From a virus (taxonomy: Duplodnaviria; Heunggongvirae; Uroviricota; Caudoviricetes), in the IMG/VR virus record IMGVR_UViG_3300048813_000140, positions 1 through 50,701 of that record: DNA of 50,701 nucleotides; one strand, written 5' to 3'. Positions 10,565 through 21,243 of the stretch are shown here, piece after piece (the stretch's first letter is position 1; the number at the start of each line of letters is the position of its first letter). Both the position numbers and the translations under genes were made by a program. Under the pieces are notes generated by a model. The model had not been told where the DNA came from and did not search any database. It was given only the letters and a program-made list of their open reading frames with translations.

Positions 10565-13500
10565 TATACACCTACTTGAACAACGCTTATGTCAGTTTGG
10601 GGATTTATAATGAAGGCCTTTTCTCCAGGAGTCAAAACGATCTGATCATGGGCAGTGTCATATGAAGGGCTGGTTATTGACACGGCAATGATTCCAGGTA
10701 TCGCGCTGACAGCGGCCACTATAGAACTTATAGCTATTGACTTACCAACAGGATTTGCATTTACTAAGGAAGTTACCACATTAACAACCTGAGCAGCCGT
10801 TTGAGTGAACGGAACGCCAGTCGCCAATCTAATTGCTACGCCGACTTGAATTCTCGTAGCGAGAGGTCCACGAATGAATATAGGAGCGCCTGCGGCACCG
10901 ATACCAGGGTATGTGATGTTATCAGTGGGATCACCGTAAATGATCTTATTACATTCTGCAATCAAGCCCGTATTATAACTGTAGCTATCAAGGCCCAATT
11001 CTATGATAGTATTGAACTTTAATTTATTAAGAGCAGTCATCTGCACGAGTGCGGATTGATTGATTTGGTCAGATTGAGCATTTGTATCCAGCGTCAAAAT
11101 AGTTTGAACTGAACTTCCTGGCTGCGGAGTAGCAAATACGATTTTCTTATATCCATAGTAGGGAACACCTTCTTGGACATACACAGAAGATGTAATATTA
11201 TTCAGACTAACATTCGAAACGGGATTCAATACCCCAGTAACTACGATAGTATTTTGATCCAATACCTTAGAGATGGTCCAGGGTCCTATATTTGGAGTCG
11301 TAAAGTTATTGCTGGTTATCACAAATGTATCACCAGGAACCGTGGCTGAATATTCCAAGAATTGGATTTGAGGTCTATTGTCTTGTAGCAAATTCGATAT
11401 CGTAACACCAGATTGATTGGTAGCAGAAGGATTTATAGCTTCTACAAACGTTCTTTGTCCAGCCTGCAATATGGCAATAATAAAGGCAGGAGGCATCGTT
11501 ATGCTACTAGGAGAGGTAGTCTGTATGTATCCAGTCGTCGTTACTGTAACCACATTGGCAGTAACGGAAGTCGTAAAATCTAAACCACCATTAGCAGCGG
11601 CAATTACCGCAGAAGCCTTATTAGCAACAGATGAAGAGCTATCGCTGGAAAGAATTGTAACTTCTAAGCCTGTCAATCCCACAGGAGCAGGATCTGTATT
11701 TGATCCACCAGTTACGTTGAACCACACATAGTACTGATTTACGTTACCTGCACTATTGAGCAAGAAATACTGTCCAGCTCCAGATGGGCTAAATTGAGTT
11801 CCAGGAGGAAATGTAAAATTAACAATCTCTTGAAGCTTAGGTCCTGAGTCCACGACCATAAAACTACCACGATTGCCTGAAGAGAAGTCTGTCCCTAGGG
11901 TCAATATATCACCAGCTACGGTGGTTCCTAACGTAGGTTCAGCTCCAACACCAGACCACTGCAAAAAGAGGCTATTATTTGTAGCATTTACTGAAAATTG
12001 AGTGGTGCCATCAAATCCTAGATTTACAGGATTATAAGGTAATGACACTTCTTCTTCTATTGCGTTAGGATTTTCAAACCATACGCTGTTATTGAGTCTG
12101 CGAATTACTTTAAATCCACCAGGAGGACTTTGGTTGAGAACGTTAAATGGAGATCCTATCATTAAGGAATCGCCTTCGCTAACCATACCAATGGCAGAGA
12201 AATTCCCAGAAGAGAAAGAGATAGAGGATTGTGGTACGCCGATTGGATTTAAAACTTCTATGATTGTGCCGTTTTGTGAAACCCCAGTAACCAGAAATGT
12301 ACCATTATTGGCGGCATTGAATCCAGCAACGTTGATGGTTATCAGATCGCCGATAGACAATGTTGTAAAATTTGCAACACCAGTATTTATGGTATAAGCC
12401 ATGTAATCGCTTGAAGGAACGGTTTCAGAGACCGTAACTGTTCCACCCGCAGAATCGTTAAAGCTCAAACTTGTTTGGAATAGAGGATTCGTGCCGACAT
12501 TAGTCCAGCTCAAACACACCAAGCTTCCTTGGTTTTCTATCCTAAAAGTGTCGCCCTGAACCCTAACGAAATTTCTGGGTTTACCAAAATATCTTTGTGT
12601 TAAAGTTCTGCCAGATAACTGTATTGTAGATGAACCAGTGGTTGGCTCATTTGCTATGATGCTTACGCTTGTATTTGAAGAAAACAAAGTTTCTTTGAGT
12701 TGAACGTTTGTGGCGGCTAATCTAAACCACTGATCGCTCAATGCTCCGACCGCAGCTATGCTATTAACATTGACACTCATCAAGGAATTATCGACCCTGG
12801 TAGCAGAACCTAGTATGGGGATACCATATCCGTTTCCTAATCCACCAACGATCTGTATAGCGCCAACACTTCCGACCATCTGTGTTGCTAATTCTAGTCT
12901 TGTTCCTCTGTCTGCTACGTTGATCGTACCTGCGGTGATAAATCCGCTAACAGCAAGAACTGAAGAGAATAAACTAACCTGATCCATTGTAGTGGGCACG
13001 AGCTGTACGGTTTCGCCATTATTAAATGCATACCAATCATTGGCGGGTCCATCATATGGATATGCTAAGGGCAATTTAAAAGTAAACTGTGGAGAGCCAC
13101 CCAAATTGCTTACCGAAATCCAATTGATGCCGTCCTGTAGCTGTACCGATTTATAGGCGAATGCGCTGTCATCATAAGTGCTGAGAGCAATAATGCCAGC
13201 ACCAGATGTTCCACCGTCGTTGACTAGTGTTGCAGATATGTACTGCGGCAGGTTGGTTGCGACATAGGTCTGAATCTGTGCTGCCGTAGTAGGAGATGCA
13301 GCATAAAAAGATATGGCGCCTGCAACCGCCGTAGATTTACTTGATTCAACTACGCCATTCGGATTGGTTACCGTGAACGTTTCTGCTACTGGGTCTACGG
13401 CAGATACCATAAATACGCCAGTATTACCAGCGCTAAAACCAGTTTGACCTGTGATATTTACATATTGTCCAACCTGAACGTTGGTCAGATTTGGGTTGGT

Positions 13501-16500
13501 CCCTACGCCGGTAGAAAAGGTTATGCTTGATTGGGGGGTACTCGTAGTAGCATTTCCAGATATGGTTATGGTGGAACCAAATATGCTTGTGACCGTTGTT
13601 CCGGTAGGAATTCCAGTACCAACCACTAATTGTCCATTCGTGATTCCAACAGTGGTGGACGCATTCGACAATAAATTTGACGTCGCAACGGTGTTAGCCG
13701 CTATAGTTACAGGAGACGACGTGTAAGCTTGATACGTTCCCGTGGTATTTCCGCCTGCCCAGGCAGGCGAAGAAGTTACGGTATTGATTGGAGTGCCGGA
13801 AGTTCCAGTTACTTGATATTGATGAGTATTAATATAAGATGAAGTTGCAAAAGTATTGCCAGGAGTCATATAAGAACTACCCGCAACGTTTCCGGTGATT
13901 GTGTAAAAATCCGTAAGAGTTGCAGAAGCAGCTTGATTTCCAACTCCTGAACCAACCTGATTCGAAACGGTGAACTCTTCCGTAGTTGTAGAAGATACAG
14001 CAGCATTCTGCGACATCGTAATAGTATGGGTAACGGAGTTAATTGCGGTAACAAAAGTTGGGGTTAAGAGATGTCCATTATCCAGATCGGTGTTTATCAG
14101 TTGACCCACTATTATTCCAGCGGTAGAGGCAACGCCAGTCATCAAATTGCTGCCAGGAGAAATTGTCGCAGAAGGAATTACGACAATAGGAGTCCAAAAC
14201 AGCAAGTAAAGTCCATTATTTCCGGCAGGGCTTGTCACAACATTAGACAACAATACTGAACCTGGAGTAGTAGCATTTACGGCGGTTATTAGCGTGTTTG
14301 TCGGAATTCCAGGTCCAGTAATCAATTGACCAATAGCAAGACCAGCCGTGGAAGAAAGTCCACCAATAAAACCTGGAGAAATACCGGGAACCGTATTTCC
14401 GGTGATCGTAGATCCCTGAGGAGTATAAAACGTAAGAGAGGTACCAGTTGTAGCTGTAGCAGTTTTTGTCATGCTTACGGTGGACGAACCCACACCATTA
14501 ACCATACTTCCAGCCTGGATTCCGGGTCCTGTGATTAATTGACCAGTTACGATTCCAGCAGTAGAAGCAAGTCCGGTAAGAGTAGAACTACCATTTGTTG
14601 TGTTGGCCAGATCTGTAAGCGATGCGTTAAAATATGAGTACGTAAACTGATCCGTGGAAGGATTGGTTACATTCCATTGAGTCGTAGCATCTAACGAAGT
14701 TGTTACAGCAGCTCCGCTGGCTAAGCTGATGTTTATATTGACGCCGGTATTTACGATGATAGTGCTACTTATGGCCGAATTTGCCACTGTAGGATACACG
14801 TATCCCACGAACACGTTCTGTCCGCTTCTTCCCCACAGGGTAGACCTATAGAGTATGGCCGTTTGGGCAGCACTAGGTTTCAAAACCTTCTTGGCCTGCA
14901 TGTATACTTTGTAATTTGAAAAATCAAACGTTGGACCAAAATCGGCAGCAAAGCTAGCGGTAGGCCCTGAAGCCACATCATAAGCGTTGAAGGTGTTGGC
15001 ATTAGCAACATTTGTGGCATTGGTCAGAGCGGTTCTATAAAGAGGTATCGTAAAACTTTCACCAATAGGATTATTGTCGACTATAGTGACCAACGTATCG
15101 TTATTGCCAAAATCTAACGGGCTAGCAACAAAAAATCTATCATTGGCTCTAAGTCTACGAACATCTTTAGACACATTTAGACTAGAATTGGTTACTAAGT
15201 TCGGATAAGAAAGTCCAACGGTAGTTCCAGATACGAATCTCTCCTGCACAAATTCTCCAGCAGGTTGTTCGTCGGGTATTACTCCATACGGATGTAAGAA
15301 CGAGATCAATCTATTTGGATCATTGGGATTTAATGCAGTATTCGACACAAAAGATGCTATGTAACTATCTGGAGGATAAGCCACGGTTCCACTGGCTATG
15401 GTCGAATGAACGAAGAGAGGAAACTGAGCATCATACCATTGACTATTGTAAAATGCTATAAGAGATGCAACGCTAACACTCGATGCGCCCGCAGTAAAGT
15501 TCATCAACTGTGCCTGAGCATCAGCGGTTACGAATATTAGACTTCCTGCAGAATCTTTACTTTCAGTGCTTATGATTAGATATTCTTCTAATCGTTGTGA
15601 GAAAAGCAATTCATCTGTTTGAGCCTGTAGAGTTGTAACTACTTGATCTAAAGTGTAAGTTCCTGCTGGTAATTCAAACTTCTGGGGAGCTTTCGTAGTT
15701 CTTAAAACCACGAACCCTTGAGTAAAAATCACATTAGAGACAGCCGTCGCCGCAGCATACTCTGCCGGAGTTACGACTACGTTTATGGTGGTTGCTGTTA
15801 CAGCATTTACTCTGCCTTCAAGTCTGTCAGAATACGGCAGATCAGTAGACCAAACGATTAGGTAATCGCCTACTTCTACGTTTAAGAAGGCTCCAGGAGA
15901 ATTTGCTATATACTGAATTGTATTAGATCCAACAAGACTAACGCTTACTAGGGTGTTCTCAATTACTCCCGTAGGAATGATTTGTCCAGGATTATCTATC
16001 AACAGCCAGAAATAACCGCTCGTGGCGAAACTTACCGATACACCTGTGGTGGTCGCAGTTGAATTGTTGGACATGGTTACGGTGGTTCCAGATATACTGG
16101 TTACGGTTGTCCCTGCGGGAATACCGGCTCCAGTGATTATTTGTCCATCTATAATTCCAACGACAGTGCCGAGTCCTAATATTTGATTGGTTCCAATTGA
16201 GATATTTCCAGTAGTGCTGACCGTGGTACCGACAGTAAATCCGCCGCCAGTGATTGCGCTACTTTGTAATCTAGCCTGAGTTTGCGTGCTTCCTGCGGCT
16301 AAATTATCTCCAGCCTGCAAAGGGACCGTAAGTTCGAACTGTGCTGTATTTCTATTAAAAGTAAAATCTGACGTTGCGCCCTGAGACGTAAGCCCTACAG
16401 ATGTTGAAAACATTCCCTTAGCGACCAGTGAAGATCCTGCGGAAGTAAAAAATGTAACATCTACGTTTGTGGTTGTAGCTGTGGCATCATTTGACATGGT

Positions 16501-18432
16501 GACTATAGATCCAGATATGCCAAGAACCGTTGTGGCGTTCGGGATACCCACACCAAGAATGGTCTGGCCTAATTCAATGCCATCAACCGACGCCAATCCT
16601 GTCAACTGATTACTTGAAATACTTATATCTCCAGTGGTAGATAAAATTTCTACGGGTGCAGCCACTACGACAACGGATGCCCTGTCGCTTGCGCCCAAGT
16701 TGCTGGTGATCTGTATTTGGGTTCCTACGACTTCTGCAGTAACGCCTGTCAGCTTATTGTTGAAAACTTCTACCCATGAAGCGAGTGAATTTCCCGAAGA
16801 TACGCTTGTGTAAAGTCCAGTATTGATGAAATCGGCGTCAAAAATTGTATACGTAATAGGGGCTGTTCCATCGACTTCTAAGATCAATGTATCGCCGTTT
16901 ACTATCTCAGGACTCCATAATTGCTGAAATTGAGTAGTTATAGTTGCGGTATTGCCATCTTTACTTAGTGGAACTTGATTTTTATATAATCTCAATGTTT
17001 GAGCTTGGCTAGATGGGAAGCCAAGTAAAATCGAGGCGTCGACCAAAGAGATAGGCTGGGGAGTCGCGATCTGTATAGAGTCGTGACCCTCTGTATTATC
17101 TCTAATAACTACGTAAGTGCCATCACCAGAGGTTGTGGCTTCGAATCCGATTTTCGTATCGCCGTTTATGCTGGAAATAACTTCATATGCAGTTGCGCTG
17201 CCAGGAGTTCTAAAATCTGAAGTCACAAATGTATGCTGATAAGTTGTTCCACCAACAACTACTGCCAAGGTGTCTCCACCGACCAAGTTGAAGGGTGCTG
17301 CTTGTGAGGTTATTAAGAATGCTTTTGCGACGGGAGCTTGACTTCCACCGGTAGCTAATTGGAAAAACTGTTCTCCACCAGTAGCAGAGTCAACAATACT
17401 TTCTAATCCGACGCCTTTCCAGGTATCTTCGTATCCGGTACCATCGTCAATAAAAAGAACACTACCATACGAAGCTGACAACAAGTCGTCTGAAACTACT
17501 GTAGCTCCAGGTTGATCTGCGGCCTGGGCACCTATCACGCCAGATTTGACGGCGAATGCTGTTCCCAAACCTATTGAGGATAGTTGATTTTGTATTCTTA
17601 TTCTTAAGTGATCGTCGGTTTCGTTATCTTGTCCGTTCGTGAACGACAGCGGATTGGTAGCGGTAGCGCCAGCGAATGGAGGTGACGTAAATTGATTGAT
17701 AGCTCCGATTGGGACGTTACCATCAGTTCCAGGCAAAACTGCCGTTACGGGCACGTTGTTTACAGATGTTTCGCCATCTAATATGACGGCTGCCGTTGTA
17801 ACATTATATTGAACGCTTGGATTTAGGCCAATTGCTGGAGCAACGACGGTTGCATTTACAGGAACTGATCTGTTTCCGCCTTGAGCAAGAATGACTATTT
17901 CGTTGATATTGTGAAATTTGGTAGTAGGAACACTTAAGGTGATAACCCAATGATTACCAACCAAAACGGGAGCAGTCGCATAAGCTAAAGGCCCCTCTAT
18001 GTCTGGAGTTCCACGACCAATATAGATCGATCCAGAAGCTGGAAAATTCGAGGCATTTCCAACATTTACAGCAGTACTGCCCACATTCATAGACGGCGTA
18101 CCTGGATATACATTAGTCGAAATTTTGACAAAACTGGTATCCGTTACGGTGATAAGCCCAGTAGTAGGCGTAGCCGTAAGCGGTGTAATGCCATTCTCAA
18201 TTGCTAAATTTTGTAGTGCAGGACCAACAGCTCGTAAGATACTGTAATCTTTAAGAATTTGAAAAATATCGCCACTGGATCGGGCGGCCATGAGGGCGGT
18301 AACTTCAAAAAATGAGGTTATTGCTGAGCCTACGTTAAAATCGTCTACGCCTATAGCGGTAGCATACGAACTTAACGCATCGCCCAATAATTGCTCAAAA
18401 GACTCTGGCTGTGGCGTATTATTACTTGGCAC
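10564..18432 (-). CDS. Giant baseplate J-like (gp6-like) protein, 2622 aa
   Basis: N-terminal J signature (DDFNVGSAITSFFEV, AVGPALQNLA, VPVTAVLPGTDGNV, FTNGQDNETDDHLRIRI) and C-terminal J-type end (IQVGVAIRL..VVTSLVNANPVGKSIAISSIVAAVSAIPGI); about 2100 aa of repeat modules between them. GTG start with AAGGGA upstream. Confidence 0.85.
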   Translation of the reverse strand: MPSNNTPQPESFEQLLGDALSSYATAIGVDDFNVGSAITSFFEVTALMAARSSGDIFQILKDYSILRAVGPALQNLAIENGITPLTATPTTGLITVTDTSFVKISTNVYPGTPSMNVGSTAVNVGNASNFPASGSIYIGRGTPDIEGPLAYATAPVLVGNHWVITLSVPTTKFHNINEIVILAQGGNRSVPVNATVVAPAIGLNPSVQYNVTTAAVILDGETSVNNVPVTAVLPGTDGNVPIGAINQFTSPPFAGATATNPLSFTNGQDNETDDHLRIRIQNQLSSIGLGTAFAVKSGVIGAQAADQPGATVVSDDLLSASYGSVLFIDDGTGYEDTWKGVGLESIVDSATGGEQFFQLATGGSQAPVAKAFLITSQAAPFNLVGGDTLAVVVGGTTYQHTFVTSDFRTPGSATAYEVISSINGDTKIGFEATTSGDGTYVVIRDNTEGHDSIQIATPQPISLVDASILLGFPSSQAQTLRLYKNQVPLSKDGNTATITTQFQQLWSPEIVNGDTLILEVDGTAPITYTIFDADFINTGLYTSVSSGNSLASWVEVFNNKLTGVTAEVVGTQIQITSNLGASDRASVVVVAAPVEILSTTGDISISSNQLTGLASVDGIELGQTILGVGIPNATTVLGISGSIVTMSNDATATTTNVDVTFFTSAGSSLVAKGMFSTSVGLTSQGATSDFTFNRNTAQFELTVPLQAGDNLAAGSTQTQARLQSSAITGGGFTVGTTVSTTGNISIGTNQILGLGTVVGIIDGQIITGAGIPAGTTVTSISGTTVTMSNNSTATTTGVSVSFATSGYFWLLIDNPGQIIPTGVIENTLVSVSLVGSNTIQYIANSPGAFLNVEVGDYLIVWSTDLPYSDRLEGRVNAVTATTINVVVTPAEYAAATAVSNVIFTQGFVVLRTTKAPQKFELPAGTYTLDQVVTTLQAQTDELLFSQRLEEYLIISTESKDSAGSLIFVTADAQAQLMNFTAGASSVSVASLIAFYNSQWYDAQFPLFVHSTIASGTVAYPPDSYIASFVSNTALNPNDPNRLISFLHPYGVIPDEQPAGEFVQERFVSGTTVGLSYPNLVTNSSLNVSKDVRRLRANDRFFVASPLDFGNNDTLVTIVDNNPIGESFTIPLYRTALTNATNVANANTFNAYDVASGPTASFAADFGPTFDFSNYKVYMQAKKVLKPSAAQTAILYRSTLWGRSGQNVFVGYVYPTVANSAISSTIIVNTGVNINISLASGAAVTTSLDATTQWNVTNPSTDQFTYSYFNASLTDLANTTNGSSTLTGLASTAGIVTGQLITGPGIQAGSMVNGVGSSTVSMTKTATATTGTSLTFYTPQGSTITGNTVPGISPGFIGGLSSTAGLAIGQLITGPGIPTNTLITAVNATTPGSVLLSNVVTSPAGNNGLYLLFWTPIVVIPSATISPGSNLMTGVASTAGIIVGQLINTDLDNGHLLTPTFVTAINSVTHTITMSQNAAVSSTTTEEFTVSNQVGSGVGNQAASATLTDFYTITGNVAGSSYMTPGNTFATSSYINTHQYQVTGTSGTPINTVTSSPAWAGGNTTGTYQAYTSSPVTIAANTVATSNLLSNASTTVGITNGQLVVGTGIPTGTTVTSIFGSTITISGNATTSTPQSSITFSTGVGTNPNLTNVQVGQYVNITGQTGFSAGNTGVFMVSAVDPVAETFTVTNPNGVVESSKSTAVAGAISFYAASPTTAAQIQTYVATNLPQYISATLVNDGGTSGAGIIALSTYDDSAFAYKSVQLQDGINWISVSNLGGSPQFTFKLPLAYPYDGPANDWYAFNNGETVQLVPTTMDQVSLFSSVLAVSGFITAGTINVADRGTRLELATQMVGSVGAIQIVGGLGNGYGIPILGSATRVDNSLMSVNVNSIAAVGALSDQWFRLAATNVQLKETLFSSNTSVSIIANEPTTGSSTIQLSGRTLTQRYFGKPRNFVRVQGDTFRIENQGSLVCLSWTNVGTNPLFQTSLSFNDSAGGTVTVSETVPSSDYMAYTINTGVANFTTLSIGDLITINVAGFNAANNGTFLVTGVSQNGTIIEVLNPIGVPQSSISFSSGNFSAIGMVSEGDSLMIGSPFNVLNQSPPGGFKVIRRLNNSVWFENPNAIEEEVSLPYNPVNLGFDGTTQFSVNATNNSLFLQWSGVGAEPTLGTTVAGDILTLGTDFSSGNRGSFMVVDSGPKLQEIVNFTFPPGTQFSPSGAGQYFLLNSAGNVNQYYVWFNVTGGSNTDPAPVGLTGLEVTILSSDSSSSVANKASAVIAAANGGLDFTTSVTANVVTVTTTGYIQTTSPSSITMPPAFIIAILQAGQRTFVEAINPSATNQSGVTISNLLQDNRPQIQFLEYSATVPGDTFVITSNNFTTPNIGPWTISKVLDQNTIVVTGVLNPVSNVSLNNITSSVYVQEGVPYYGYKKIVFATPQPGSSVQTILTLDTNAQSDQINQSALVQMTALNKLKFNTIIELGLDSYSYNTGLIAECNKIIYGDPTDNITYPGIGAAGAPIFIRGPLATRIQVGVAIRLATGVPFTQTAAQVVNVVTSLVNANPVGKSIAISSIVAAVSAIPGIIAVSITSPSYDTAHDQIVLTPGEKAFIINPQTDISVVQVGV

Positions 18433-18547
18433 GATTTATCCCTTTAAAATTCAAATACTTTAATTAAAGATTGCTCTTGACCAAAATTCCATTTATTCTG
18501 GGTAATACGTAACAATTACGCGTATTTTCCCATATACTTATATCACA

Positions 18548-21187
18548 TTAATCAGTATTGTTGGTCAATTTAAAGCTCAAAGGGAAAACCCCAGCCTGAT
18601 TAGCTAGTTGTATCTGTAAATTGATGGAAAGTGTGGGTCCATTTTGTATTAATTGCAATCCCGAAACACTTTGGAATCTTGGATCTTGCGTAACCTGTTG
18701 ATTTATCGAATTAAATAAATCCTGAGCCGACAAAGTGGCTATTGAGGTGCCGGGGCGCACGCCTACGCCAAACTCTGGGTGAAGCAAGACTGATCCTGCT
18801 ACCGTACCAAATTTTATCATGAGGGCTTGAATTAAGTTAGTCATTCCGTATGAATAGCGAAAGTCACCATAACTGTTGACCGCTATATCGCCGCTGCTGG
18901 TTAGCAATAAATCGACCATACTAAGACCTTCTAGAGGGTCAGCACTTGCCAGAGATGGAACGATTATATTGGGATTATTTGGGATATTGACATCGCTAGG
19001 TATAAAAATCTTTTGCTGAGAATTCACCGTACCAGGAAGATAGGCTTGAATATAGGCCTGATCTACAAGTAAAAAGTTGTTTAAATTCGGTAACCCATCA
19101 AAAGTGATGAGGTAACTGGTATTAGAAAGTCTTTGTATGCCAGTAATCAAGCGCGCTGATGGAATTTGCGTGGCGCTTTGTATTAATACCGCCTGCTGCA
19201 AATATAGCTGTGAGGCGTCCGCTACAACTACCTGTCTTCCGGTAGCGTTAGATAAAAAATGAACTTGAAATCCGTTTTCGTCTATATAGGGTTCACGCAG
19301 ATTATTGAGCGTAACTATCTCAATCCATCTTTGGGGGTCGCCCAAATATCTAGCTGCGATCCCTTCAACTGTCAATCCAAAAGGAACCGGCGCCACTATC
19401 ATACTGTTGGGGATATTAAATTGAATACCTGAGTTATTAGCTAGCCCAGCAACGTATTCCATATTGGTTTCAGTATCATTGTCGTCGATTTGCGTACTTG
19501 CCGTTAAAAGATCGTAAGACTGCATAGTGTCATAAAGACAATCAAGCAATTCATAATTATCTAGGGATATTGGTACTATGCGAGATATGGGTGCTGGAAA
19601 ATTATATACCTTACTATAGAATGCATCTCCCGTACCAAAGTTATTCGACAGTTGTAGGGCCAAGGTTTGTATGGTACTTCTGAATTGTTTCAAATCATTT
19701 ATTGTTAATGCATTTGCTGCGGCAATTGCCGCATTGACCGCATTTTGTTGAGCATTGTCTAGAGTCAAACTGTTGACCGGAAGTTGGTCTAGCAGTAAGA
19801 AGTTGGCGGCAGGATTAGAAAACATGTTCAACGCTGGATTTGCAGATTGACTTTGTGAAGCTGATGTGCCCAGCTGCCCATTATTTACAGCATTTACGCT
19901 TAATCCTTCATTGTTAGCAGTACTTTTATTTAAGGTATTCAAGGTTACTGCGGTATTCGTGTTGGTGGCAGCATCGCCGGTTAGACTTGACGTATTCATA
20001 GTAGAAAAGGTACTAGCCAGGCTACTTTTGTACGCACTTATGATTTGATTTGGTAGATCGGCAGCCGTTACGAAGGCGCCCGCTATTCCTTTTACTAATA
20101 AAGTTGTCTGTCTAAGAGCCTCAAGAGGTGCCTCAACATCGCTTCTTACTGCGCCAATCAAATTCAGAGCAGAGCTTACCGTTTGCCTAGCAGCAAATAG
20201 TGTGTTCATAATCCTTTGGAGAATTCCAGGACTAAGCGGCGTTATGTTTGGAGAGGTTACCTTAACTCTCTCGTTTAAATTTATCCTTCTCCATGCCTTT
20301 AGCTGCATGGAAAATTGTATTTCCATAGCCTTACTTACATCTTGTCTCCAGGTGTACTGCATAGGCGTAACAATGAATGATTGATTCTGTTTTGGTACGT
20401 CAAATACTAATCTCCAACCAGCGTTTTTGGGGTTCTTTTTAGCTTCGGCATACTGTTCTAAGAACTGCTGAAGAGTCGAAGCGCAATAATATCCAGTAGT
20501 TACTAGACCATCATTGATACTCTCAGGTCTAGGGGTTATAGGTGTGCTTGCGGGATGATTACCGGTAGCGGTATTTACGATTCCTTGCACGCTACTGGCC
20601 AAATTGCCAGCGGCTGCTATGGTTCCACCAAAAACAGATTGCAAAACTGAAGGAGGGGTCTGAGGAGGAGCCGGAACGTCAGCCCTATTTGGCCAAATAC
20701 CAAAGGTACCTGCCGCATTGATCATTTTGAATTTTACGCCGTTGTGTTCTTCTAAAATACCTCTTAGAGTTGCCGTGGTATTGATCGCGAACGTATCCTG
20801 TATGTTCAACTGTTGAGGAGTAATAGGTAGCTCAAAGATCCACTGAGATCCCCAGTTCGAAATGTTGATAGTTGACGAACTTGTACCCTTAGATACCTGG
20901 ATATTCAGGGTTGATGGTGCTGCGCCATTTACTATCGCATTGTTTTGAGTAACGTCGATCACTATGAATCTATATGGAAAAAACTGATCCCAGCGTGTAC
21001 CGTCTATGGCGTGTGATGGAAAAAATGGACTTGTAACATTGCTTACATTCCAGGGAGTTCCATAGACAGGAGTGGTCGAAACTACAGGTTTGCCCTCTAG
21101 AGTCGTGAATGTAGTGTGCCCATTGGCGTAAAAGCCATCATTATTAGGACCAAAAGTATCTGCTGATTGTGCTGGGCCGTTAGCCAT
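18548..21187 (-). CDS. Fused baseplate protein: tube-initiator-like N-terminus, LysM/tail-X domain, C-terminal gp25-like domain
   Basis: LysM-like GLTVEGIAARYLGDPQRWIEIVTLNNLR; C-terminal GDIAV..GDFRYSYGMTNLIQAL..GSVLLHPEFGVG..ITQDPRF-like end resembles GPW/gp25. Confidence 0.75.
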   Translation of the reverse strand: MANGPAQSADTFGPNNDGFYANGHTTFTTLEGKPVVSTTPVYGTPWNVSNVTSPFFPSHAIDGTRWDQFFPYRFIVIDVTQNNAIVNGAAPSTLNIQVSKGTSSSTINISNWGSQWIFELPITPQQLNIQDTFAINTTATLRGILEEHNGVKFKMINAAGTFGIWPNRADVPAPPQTPPSVLQSVFGGTIAAAGNLASSVQGIVNTATGNHPASTPITPRPESINDGLVTTGYYCASTLQQFLEQYAEAKKNPKNAGWRLVFDVPKQNQSFIVTPMQYTWRQDVSKAMEIQFSMQLKAWRRINLNERVKVTSPNITPLSPGILQRIMNTLFAARQTVSSALNLIGAVRSDVEAPLEALRQTTLLVKGIAGAFVTAADLPNQIISAYKSSLASTFSTMNTSSLTGDAATNTNTAVTLNTLNKSTANNEGLSVNAVNNGQLGTSASQSQSANPALNMFSNPAANFLLLDQLPVNSLTLDNAQQNAVNAAIAAANALTINDLKQFRSTIQTLALQLSNNFGTGDAFYSKVYNFPAPISRIVPISLDNYELLDCLYDTMQSYDLLTASTQIDDNDTETNMEYVAGLANNSGIQFNIPNSMIVAPVPFGLTVEGIAARYLGDPQRWIEIVTLNNLREPYIDENGFQVHFLSNATGRQVVVADASQLYLQQAVLIQSATQIPSARLITGIQRLSNTSYLITFDGLPNLNNFLLVDQAYIQAYLPGTVNSQQKIFIPSDVNIPNNPNIIVPSLASADPLEGLSMVDLLLTSSGDIAVNSYGDFRYSYGMTNLIQALMIKFGTVAGSVLLHPEFGVGVRPGTSIATLSAQDLFNSINQQVTQDPRFQSVSGLQLIQNGPTLSINLQIQLANQAGVFPLSFKLTNNTD

Positions 21188-21243
21188 TTAAAATATCCCT
21201 CGTAATAATAAGATTGTGGGTTAAAACTATGTAAAATTTACAA

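Noticed and set aside
835-14538. Many short plus-strand and alternative-frame ORFs over the structural genes (e.g. 835, 1357, 2507, 3764, 5032, 5712, 6051, 8382, 8948, 9264, 10002, 10801, 11417, 12092, 12758, 13481, 13866, 14071, 14326)
   Set aside because: Antisense or frame shadows of long, motif-bearing genes; no RBS or recognisable domains.
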